From the IMG/VR virus record IMGVR_UViG_3300043436_001870, positions 32,001 to 96,000 of that record: a stretch of 64,000 bases of DNA. One strand, written 5' to 3'. The translations under genes were made by a program, and so were the position numbers. This DNA comes from a virus. The notes beneath the pieces were generated by a model that was given only the letters and a program-made list of their open reading frames with translations, had not been told where the DNA came from and did no database searches. Shown in pieces: positions 56,345-64,000 of this stretch (positions are counted from its first letter, which is position 1; each line of letters begins with the position of its first letter).

Positions 56345-59300
56345 TATCTTGGAGAATTGAGGAGTTTAGTATTTGTTACTTTCAACAACATTTTTACATT
56401 GTCTGATATTGTTCTTGTAAGGACAATGTGATTCAGGTAATGTCTGAACTTCTTACGTTCAAATGGTGACTTATTATAGTTAAGGTTATTTACATTCAAC
56501 ACTCTAATGTAACCATTAATTTCTGTATTCCAAATAGGTTGCTGAGCCTGTACACCGCCCACAATGAATTCACCACGGTTATTGGTTATGTCCCAGAACT
56601 GATTGAATCTGTATTTCTGTTCCTCCTTAGAGTATAGAATACTAATACTGTTTGGGTTTACCTGAGGATAGTTTACAATTACTGGAGCATTGTTCTTAGG
56701 ACTAGTAATCAAATTAAGTGTACCAGAAACTTGTTCAGTATTATAAACTATAGCCTTATCAAAATTAAAATCAAGAACATGGAATCTATCAATACCATTA
56801 GGATTGTAAACATATGCCTCCATAATGTATTCAACATTTCTGGTAGTATTAACAGCTTGTCCTGTAACAGATGCATAGTCAATCTCAAATGGATAGTCTA
56901 CACCATAGAAGTTACAAAACTTACTAGTAAAGTTACCATGTCTCCAAATGCTTGAAGATCCGTTCTGAGTGTTTGTTGTAAGGAAACCTCTAATACTTGA
57001 CATAGCATATTCTGGATGCCAGTCATGGAATGACAACCATATTCTTAACTTAGAGTCAAAACTTACTGTCCATGATGCATCTTCAAAGTACAAAGGATCT
57101 CCAAGTACAAATGGAATCTTAGCACCACCTGGTGCTTTATAAGTAAAATCAAGTCCACCTAAATATGTAACATTGTCAATGTACTCATCCTTGACTCTGT
57201 AGTCTTTCTTGCAGAAATAAATAATACCATTGTCATTATCATAAAGTGACTGGCAACCAATTCCTACAACAGGATTATCTGCTACTTCAAAATTAGGAAA
57301 CTGATCAAGTAGGAACATCTTTAAATATTTAGAGAACCACCACTTCATACCCATATCAGATATGGCAGCCATTCCCTCAGCTACTGTAAAGATCTTACCT
57401 TGTGATGCACTCATCCAAAATATACCAGCAGGAGTATTTATAATACTCAATCTATGCTGTGATGAACCATGTTGAAACTCTTGATCAGCATTGCTTAATG
57501 TCTGAAGTGGTTGACTAAATAAGCCACCATCTCCAATTGTAATTTTAGTGCCAGCTGTTGTTTGAAGTTGATCAACAGCATTAAACATCAATGGTGTTGA
57601 ATGCTCAAACAAAATAATAGCACCATTCTTATTTATGGATTTGAATGCTACAACTCTGTCATCAAAGTCATTGTAGTTGTTTACAAGATAAATATGCCAG
57701 TAGTCTTTTTTATCCTCTTGATTCTGTGGAAGAGAGTATATTACTCTATTAGGAAAATATGTGTAACATTTTTCTGCTGTGGTAGGACTGTAAGATCTAT
57801 CCTGCATAGCTCCCCATGATAAGAAACTATTTAGAACTTTTGTTACACCAAGAGAAATGTCATACTTGTAGAAGTTACCGACTCTTATGATATCTGTGCT
57901 AAACAGATTATTAAGATTAGCATACCCATATGGATCATAGAATCTTTCAGCAGGAGTATCATTGTAATCTCTGTGATCTACGTTGTATTCAGTTTCAACA
58001 TAAAAATCTAAGACTCCTGATTGAAACAAATACATGTAAGCATTCTTTACTCCAATTCTAAAACTAGAAAAAAGATTTGCAAAAAATCCATCAATACCTG
58101 TATTGTCAACTCTGTCTAAGTTATATCTACCAGAAGGCAGTGGATTGGTTATAGCATCAACACCTCCTTCAAGAAGATTCTGAACGGCACCTGTTAAACC
58201 TTGAATAAAATCAGCTGTATCATATTTGCTAAAGTCTGCAAAAAATCTTGCATAGTTTACCATATACCTTGTGGTATAATCAATCTCTGTTCCTATAGGT
58301 ACATTGTATAACCAATCATAAAAATAGAAGAAGGTATTCTTCTCAGTGTATCTTCCTATGTAAACATCTCCACCAAGTATTAATGGTGTTTTGTCTACTA
58401 CAACTCTTGATCTTGGTCTTGTAGGGAATGTATAGTCTATTGCTTCTGGGCCCAGGGGCTGATCAAAAGAAAATACACAGCCTGTTGTAATCTGGCTAGG
58501 TGATTCTATCTGACCATATTGGTTTCTAAATCTTACCTTTAGTCCCGCATAAAAAGCTGAGCCTGTTGCATTAAAAGAACCTCCAGGACTATTGAACTTG
58601 ATACCCTTATTAAATACATTAGGATTATTCTGAACACTACCTATAGTCTGTACAGAGTTGTCAGCTAATGATGGATCACCAATTGGATTATTAAGTTCTA
58701 TTGCAACTGTCTTAGATCTAAATAAGTTATTTACTGTTTTATCAGAAAACGTAGTAATCTGATTGTCAATGTATACTGAGTTTATAATAGATCTTCTGGT
58801 ATTAGCAACACCATTCAGATTCAGCTTAGCATTACCCTGAGCATACTTATTAAGATTTACATGGCTTAAGCTCCGGTAAACATAATCCCTATAAGGAGTG
58901 ATAGATCTTAATAGTTCAAGCATTGCATCGGTACCCTGCATCCAGTATGATGCAAATGTTACAATACCACCTGCTGTTCTAAATATAACAGGAGCATAAC
59001 TAAAATCAGACCTTTCTACCTCATACTCCATTGATGGTCCAATACCTGCAGCACCTAATGCAGCACCTCCAGTTACAGCTCCTATTTGTCCAAATATTAT
59101 TCCTTGAATAGTGGCTAATGATGCATCAACTCCACCACCAGCCATAGTACCAATGTTAAGAGCACTACCGGCACCAGTTGGACCATAATTATAGTTATCA
59201 TTACCACCTAATGGAGTTAGTAATCCGACATTGATTGGTGTGGCTGGTACTGGAGCAGTTCCACTAAATCCTGGTGTAAAAGTTTTACCTGTCTGATATT

Positions 59301-61527
59301 TACTAATATCTCTACCACGAATAGATTTCATGGCAGTACCAATACCTACAATTGCTGATATTATAAAAGCTAAGTTAGTTATTAACTTCTCTTTAGGATG
59401 CCCAGGAACAGGTTCAAAACGACCCAGCATATTAAACCTAGATCCCACCTCTCCATAAAGTTTTAATTCAGTTGCAGATAAGAAAGGATCATTAAAAGTT
59501 GTGTCAGGAGAATGAAAAGTAAATAAACGTCTACTAACATTATCATTCCAGGTATTAGAGTTATTAAGCTGTGCACTATAACCACCCTGACTATTAAAAT
59601 TAGAAAGAGTATGATCCTTTCCTAAGTAATTGCAAACATAGTTTTGGTAATAGATCAATTCATCTTGACTACCATTATCTTCAACATAATAACGCATGTT
59701 GCGGATTATACCTTTAGCAACAATAGTTCTATTACCTTGTCTGTTTGATCTTAGAATTTCATAACCAATTACACCAGGAATAATGTTACCATCATTGTCA
59801 ACAGGAGCCTTAATGTTTTCAAACTCAACACCCAGAATTCTAATAGCTCTAGCTTGAGTAGCTGTAAAAGTAGTACCAGAAAATGATCCTGCCGATGTAC
59901 GTACATGACCATAGTTTTGACCTGTAGCAACATCACCGTAAGTTGTATCTGTTGCATATATAGCATCAGCTGGCATCTTATGGTGTCTTATAGGAAGTCC
60001 ACATAAGTCATATGCCGGATCAGATGTTCCAGCCCATGTATGCTGAGTTGCATTCCATATCTCTGGTTTGTTTGCTGGATATTTTTCAGTAGATTCCCAG
60101 TAACCCATTTTACCACGGGCTATAACCTGACCAGCTACTACAGAAGCAGTATCAGTAGGTAAGTTGTTTTCAATTACATAAGCTGTATTAACAACTTCCC
60201 AGAGTTCAGGAATATAATTAGGATCCTGAGCATATTCAATATTATCAAGATTGGCAGAACTAAATGAAGCTTTTTCCCATGATTGAGCAGGTCTACCAGG
60301 TATATGATATGAACTAGATCTTTCACCAGTATTATAAACCCAGCGAATATAGAAGGCATACTGCTCATCTCTCATGTAACCATTTTCATTACCACCATTC
60401 TCATAGTAGTTTGGTGGTTGCTCAATCATTACCCAGTTTGTTCTGATCTGATTGGCCAATGGCTGATAATTAAAATCAAACTTTGCAGTAGGAGCTGCTC
60501 TGATCAAGTAATTATTTACAGCATACATACCTTCAGACTTCTCATATGCTGGAGATCTAAGTGGTATATATGATAAAGGAATTGATTCTAATTCTGGATT
60601 AATGTAATCAATAGTTACAGAATTAGTCTCAGTAACATAATTACCAATCTTTCTAGCAACTGTCTGTTGATTTACTGTACCAACAATAACAAGTTCAAAC
60701 TCTTGAAATCTATCAGTATCCATATTTGAAAAACTGATATCAAGTGAACCTGTGGCATTGTTATGACTAAACAGAGGTTGAATCTGAGAAGGATTAAAAT
60801 AGTCAGTGACACGTTGCTGATTAATTGTATAAGCAACAACGGCATAGTAACTACCATTTAATAACTGCCCACCAGTAAGTCCTGTGCTAATTTTAACACA
60901 GGGTATCTTCATTAACCGAGCAATCCTTGTTTTCTCTACATCCAGAGTCAAAGGAATGTTTGGTTGACAGTCAATACAAGGACCAGGTAAAACATCTGTG
61001 CACTCATAGGGCACACCTGGCCATGGCTCATTCTGAGTAATATCAGGATAGTCTCTGAGTCTTACATCACCAATATTTAAGGTCCTGTCTGGATTCAAAG
61101 CATCACACCAGTAGAGCTGATAAGAGCAGTCAAAATTCTGCTTAGAAGCTCCTATAATTATGTTAGTTCTTTTGAATCCCCATTGAGTATCATTACTAAT
61201 TGGCTTATACTCACATAACTCATCATTGAATAATCCAATTTCAGAATTGATATCATCTGTTGTATAAACAGCCCAGTAGTGTTCTACAATAGGAATAGCA
61301 CCTATAAAGGTGTATGGTAATGTAACACACTTTAAGTTTGCAGGCTCATTTCCAATAATACCCAGGTCACCAGAGTCTGAGTTATTTACCACATTTCTAG
61401 CATCATACCATGAACCCTCAGGAGCAAACGTGGGGTCATAGTCTTTAACCATACCTTTGTTAAAGGTATTTGTCTCAGCACTGCTAGTATTCTGTGATGG
61501 AGTATTTTCTGATGATTTCTTAGCCAT
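56344..61527 (-). CDS. Tail stabilization/muzzle protein (P22 gp10-like, crAss-type)
   Basis: 1727 aa; N-terminal 'NTFNKGMVKD.D...PEGSWYDARN', 'YMRDEQYAFYIRW', 'GGDVYIGRY', 'WLSFHDWHP'; beta-rich; follows the tube/ring genes. Confidence 0.8.
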   Translation of the reverse strand: MAKKSSENTPSQNTSSAETNTFNKGMVKDYDPTFAPEGSWYDARNVVNNSDSGDLGIIGNEPANLKCVTLPYTFIGAIPIVEHYWAVYTTDDINSEIGLFNDELCEYKPISNDTQWGFKRTNIIIGASKQNFDCSYQLYWCDALNPDRTLNIGDVRLRDYPDITQNEPWPGVPYECTDVLPGPCIDCQPNIPLTLDVEKTRIARLMKIPCVKISTGLTGGQLLNGSYYAVVAYTINQQRVTDYFNPSQIQPLFSHNNATGSLDISFSNMDTDRFQEFELVIVGTVNQQTVARKIGNYVTETNSVTIDYINPELESIPLSYIPLRSPAYEKSEGMYAVNNYLIRAAPTAKFDFNYQPLANQIRTNWVMIEQPPNYYENGGNENGYMRDEQYAFYIRWVYNTGERSSSYHIPGRPAQSWEKASFSSANLDNIEYAQDPNYIPELWEVVNTAYVIENNLPTDTASVVAGQVIARGKMGYWESTEKYPANKPEIWNATQHTWAGTSDPAYDLCGLPIRHHKMPADAIYATDTTYGDVATGQNYGHVRTSAGSFSGTTFTATQARAIRILGVEFENIKAPVDNDGNIIPGVIGYEILRSNRQGNRTIVAKGIIRNMRYYVEDNGSQDELIYYQNYVCNYLGKDHTLSNFNSQGGYSAQLNNSNTWNDNVSRRLFTFHSPDTTFNDPFLSATELKLYGEVGSRFNMLGRFEPVPGHPKEKLITNLAFIISAIVGIGTAMKSIRGRDISKYQTGKTFTPGFSGTAPVPATPINVGLLTPLGGNDNYNYGPTGAGSALNIGTMAGGGVDASLATIQGIIFGQIGAVTGGAALGAAGIGPSMEYEVERSDFSYAPVIFRTAGGIVTFASYWMQGTDAMLELLRSITPYRDYVYRSLSHVNLNKYAQGNAKLNLNGVANTRRSIINSVYIDNQITTFSDKTVNNLFRSKTVAIELNNPIGDPSLADNSVQTIGSVQNNPNVFNKGIKFNSPGGSFNATGSAFYAGLKVRFRNQYGQIESPSQITTGCVFSFDQPLGPEAIDYTFPTRPRSRVVVDKTPLILGGDVYIGRYTEKNTFFYFYDWLYNVPIGTEIDYTTRYMVNYARFFADFSKYDTADFIQGLTGAVQNLLEGGVDAITNPLPSGRYNLDRVDNTGIDGFFANLFSSFRIGVKNAYMYLFQSGVLDFYVETEYNVDHRDYNDTPAERFYDPYGYANLNNLFSTDIIRVGNFYKYDISLGVTKVLNSFLSWGAMQDRSYSPTTAEKCYTYFPNRVIYSLPQNQEDKKDYWHIYLVNNYNDFDDRVVAFKSINKNGAIILFEHSTPLMFNAVDQLQTTAGTKITIGDGGLFSQPLQTLSNADQEFQHGSSQHRLSIINTPAGIFWMSASQGKIFTVAEGMAAISDMGMKWWFSKYLKMFLLDQFPNFEVADNPVVGIGCQSLYDNDNGIIYFCKKDYRVKDEYIDNVTYLGGLDFTYKAPGGAKIPFVLGDPLYFEDASWTVSFDSKLRIWLSFHDWHPEYAMSSIRGFLTTNTQNGSSSIWRHGNFTSKFCNFYGVDYPFEIDYASVTGQAVNTTRNVEYIMEAYVYNPNGIDRFHVLDFNFDKAIVYNTEQVSGTLNLITSPKNNAPVIVNYPQVNPNSISILYSKEEQKYRFNQFWDITNNRGEFIVGGVQAQQPIWNTEINGYIRVLNVNNLNYNKSPFERKKFRHYLNHIVLTRTISDNVKMLLKVTNTKLLNSPR

Positions 61528-61529
61528 AA

Positions 61530-62435
61530 TTATACAACATTGTTTACACGAAGATTAGCCATTGGATAAGGATATGATTTAAACATATCATAGTACTTAC
61601 CATACATTGCTTTTCTATTCATTGCCCACACTTTCTCCATCTCAGAGAAGTTAGGTGTATTTACAATTGACAAGGCATAGTTTCTTGCTGCTCTATATTC
61701 CTGTAGGACAAGTTGTAGCTGTGCTGCCACATTATTGCCATCCATAATAAGATTCTCAAGAATACGTTTCTTCATAGCATATTCATAGTACTCATTGATC
61801 ATAGGATGATCTGGCACCATAAGGTTACCATCAGTATCCTCAAGAGTACCTTGATAGTTAATATACAGATTCCCTTCTTTTAAGGATGTATAAATCCAGC
61901 CGTCTTTAATGTATGCCTCATCCTTTGCCATGTGATGTAGGTTAGGACAGTCACAATCTACAAACTGAGAGTTTCTAAAACGGATTGGAGCAAAGTGGTC
62001 ATAGGTTCTTGTCTCTGTATTTACAACCTGAATCAGCTGATAAGAATCTCCACACTTGGTCATACAAACTGGCTGCTGAGGTAGTGATACATCAGAGCAG
62101 TAGTTTTGTTCTACCCATGGTCTCCATTCTGGAGTTACGTCTTGAACATTGGTACCTTGTGGTACAGCAAAAGAATACTTAGCTTGACCACAGATTAAAG
62201 CAAAATTCATTACATAAAAATCATCAGGAAGTCTAACCTTACCATCACATACCTCAAGAACTCTCTCTTTGGTCATGTATATTCTAAGACCTAGATCATA
62301 GTTTACTCTAATAGCTACCTTGTACAACTGTGATGGATCAATAGTAGTATCCGTGGCAATAGCCTTCAGGTCAATTTTAACATCTTCTAGAAGACTGTCA
62401 AACGTCCTGTATTTTAAGGTGTAGTTATAGTTCAT
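61530..62435 (-). CDS. Tail tubular/ring protein
   Basis: 301 aa; 'VRLPDDF...Y.KDGWIYTSLKEG.LYINY.G...DG.LMVPD'; lies before the muzzle gene. Confidence 0.7.
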   Translation of the reverse strand: MNYNYTLKYRTFDSLLEDVKIDLKAIATDTTIDPSQLYKVAIRVNYDLGLRIYMTKERVLEVCDGKVRLPDDFYVMNFALICGQAKYSFAVPQGTNVQDVTPEWRPWVEQNYCSDVSLPQQPVCMTKCGDSYQLIQVVNTETRTYDHFAPIRFRNSQFVDCDCPNLHHMAKDEAYIKDGWIYTSLKEGNLYINYQGTLEDTDGNLMVPDHPMINEYYEYAMKKRILENLIMDGNNVAAQLQLVLQEYRAARNYALSIVNTPNFSEMEKVWAMNRKAMYGKYYDMFKSYPYPMANLRVNNVV

Positions 62436-63097
62436 CGTGTTGCACTTTGTTTATCAGAAAGGAATTGATCTTGTGGTATCTGTATGCTAATCATAAAGTC
62501 CTGAAGAACTTGTTTTTCAATCTCAGCAAAGAACTCAGGTGGTATACCAAGAGCTTGCTCTTGTACAGATTTGCATGGATCATCACAACTAAAACCTGCA
62601 ACACTTGAATCAAAGATTGCCTCAATTGAGATAGCATCCCATTCAGTATCAGGTAAATACAAGTAACTATCCATAAACCAGTAGTACTTATTATTATTAT
62701 ACTTAAATGCAGATGTCTTTGTCATGCTGGTATATAAAGCCGGAGTTGTCTTATACACCTCAGTGTATGTATCAATTGACATTACTGATCTTATAAGGGG
62801 TCCCTGAGGTCCTTCAAATATACCAGGTAGTTTGTCTTTGGTCCTTTTGATTACACACCCAGACTTTGGTTGACAGCATGCCTCAACTCTATCAACCTCT
62901 ACAAGATCAACACAGGCTAATCTTTTATACAGAGATCCAAACTTAGCACGGCCAGCAATAGGATTCTGTCTTTTCATATACATCCGGGCATACTTAGTTA
63001 TCAGGCTATAGATCATACGATCTGTTACAAATGAATCCACATTTGCAGCCTTGATAACATTTCTCACCCTTGATATTGCATCACCAATTGTATCCAT
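62432..63097 (-). CDS. Tail ring/adaptor protein
   Basis: 221 aa; 'C..L.EVD..E.C...GC.IKRTK.KLP...YYWF.D.YLY.P'; crAss-like synteny between the IHF-like and tube genes. Confidence 0.65.
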   Translation of the reverse strand: MDTIGDAISRVRNVIKAANVDSFVTDRMIYSLITKYARMYMKRQNPIAGRAKFGSLYKRLACVDLVEVDRVEACCQPKSGCVIKRTKDKLPGIFEGPQGPLIRSVMSIDTYTEVYKTTPALYTSMTKTSAFKYNNNKYYWFMDSYLYLPDTEWDAISIEAIFDSSVAGFSCDDPCKSVQEQALGIPPEFFAEIEKQVLQDFMISIQIPQDQFLSDKQSATR

Positions 63098-63099
63098 GT

Positions 63100-63684
63100 T
63101 TAATCTATTTCAAAGTCATTATATTTTGCTTTGTCTATGGTATTTCTAATCTTAAAGTAATCCCTAGACTTATTCTTCTTATACATCTTAACAACATCTG
63201 TAGTATTCTCTACAACAATGTATTTCTTAAAATCCTCTTTGTACCTATCTTTTACAGTTCTCTTGAACTCTCTTGATGCTGTAAAGGCCCAAATAGATCT
63301 TTCTCTTAATTTGTACTTTGCATAGTACGCACTAAAAAATATCTTACCAACATATCCATCCGTATCCCAGTTCTTATGTTTTACAACAACTCCATACTTA
63401 ATGGACTTGCCGTAGTCAATATTATCACTGGTCACATTCCCACAAGACCCTATAAAAACAAATCCAAGACCCTGTGGTAGCTCTATACCATCTCTATGCT
63501 CAATTACTTTATCCCATAGCAGTCCATTGAATTTATGGACTATCTTCTTAAGCTCTCTCTTTCCATAGTGGCTATACTCTGGAAACTTTAATCTAAACTG
63601 CTCTAAATAGTCCTCATCAATTATATTGGTTTTCTTGACTCTGTATCTTGGAGCATTAAGATCTGGCTTTCTGAATTGCTGCAT
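63100..63684 (-). CDS. HU/IHF-like basic DNA-binding protein
   Basis: Basic 194-aa protein with 'IELPQGLGFVFIG' and 'FTASREFKR'; crAss-like synteny ahead of the tail genes. Confidence 0.6.
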   Translation of the reverse strand: MQQFRKPDLNAPRYRVKKTNIIDEDYLEQFRLKFPEYSHYGKRELKKIVHKFNGLLWDKVIEHRDGIELPQGLGFVFIGSCGNVTSDNIDYGKSIKYGVVVKHKNWDTDGYVGKIFFSAYYAKYKLRERSIWAFTASREFKRTVKDRYKEDFKKYIVVENTTDVVKMYKKNKSRDYFKIRNTIDKAKYNDFEID

Positions 63685-63743
63685 AGGTCTTATTATAATT
63701 TACAAAAAAATATTGGAACTTCATTATAGATTTCAAATATAGT

Positions 63744-63773
63744 AAAATACCCCCAGGTCTTCACCTGAGGGTA
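63744..63773 (-). terminator. Intrinsic terminator (minus strand)
   Basis: TACCCTCAGGT-GAAG-ACCTGGGGGTA followed by TTTT on the minus strand. Confidence 0.8.
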
Positions 63774-63814
63774 CCTTGTTTAGTCGTGTAAAACCAACAA
63801 ACAACGACTTAATA

Positions 63815-64000
63815 TTATGAACAGTTACCTAGATTAGTAACGGTTACAATGTAATCCTTGACAAGATGAAGTGATCCAGGAACCATACAAACAGTTAAAG
63901 TAGCTAAAGGTAATATTGTAGCAGATTGTCTAACATTATTACAGTCAATGTAATCTATAGGAAGAGATCTTTCTTTTTCACCATTAGCTATGGTATAATT
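63815..64000 (-). CDS. 3' end of a gene entering from beyond the window (small Cys-containing C-terminal domain)
   Basis: Open frame ...NYTIANGEKERSLPIDYIDCNNVRQSATILPLATLTVCMVPGSLHLVKDYIVTVTNLGNCS*, followed by a hairpin and a terminator. Confidence 0.7.
   Translation of the reverse strand, partial: NYTIANGEKERSLPIDYIDCNNVRQSATILPLATLTVCMVPGSLHLVKDYIVTVTNLGNCS

Noticed and set aside
1306-63276. Many short ORFs (60-120 aa) antisense to or nested within long genes in the ORF track
   Set aside because: Shadow frames of strongly supported genes; no motifs, and no fit to the two-block strand organisation
17809-63684. Stop-codon reassignment (TAG or TGA), known in some Crassvirales
   Set aside because: Very long ORFs are intact under the standard code, genes abut tightly, TGA serves as a real stop (e.g. 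the 2473-aa gene), and no suppressor tRNA was seen
1-64000. tRNA, rRNA, integrase, transposase or DGR reverse transcriptase
   Set aside because: None recognised; intergenic gaps are short and accounted for by terminators and leaders

Overview
A ~64 kb slice of a crAss-like (Crassvirales-type) phage genome, most likely infecting a Bacteroidota host: there is a TTG-N19-TAnnTTTG promoter, the leaders are A-rich without Shine-Dalgarno sites, and there is a DFDID virion RNA polymerase. Two convergent blocks meet at a bidirectional terminator at ~17.65 kb. The + strand block (1-17.6 kb) is a replication and nucleotide-metabolism operon: UDG, DnaB-like helicase, Sak4-like ATPase, SSB-like protein, primase, RuvC-like resolvase, a VWA-metallopeptidase/MoxR-AAA module with paralogous partners, a PD-(D/E)XK nuclease, PolB with a beta-clamp motif, MazG-like enzymes and an Acb2/Tad1-like protein. 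The - strand block (17.7-64 kb) is the virion tail/ejection module: IHF-like protein, ring/tube proteins, muzzle/stabilization protein and seven large cargo proteins. Two patterns stand out. (1) Three consecutive giant ejection proteins (1702, 3880 and 1906 aa) contain only four cysteines in total, all within 4 residues of the termini that face each other across gene junctions, which suggests head-to-tail covalent chaining. (2) A 2473-aa polyvalent cargo protein is built from enzyme cassettes (cell-wall hydrolases, a kinase-like domain, several ADP-ribosyltransferase-like domains) separated by five copies of a GGW[LI]xKYQ motif. All family assignments come from reading motifs by eye; no database searches were run.
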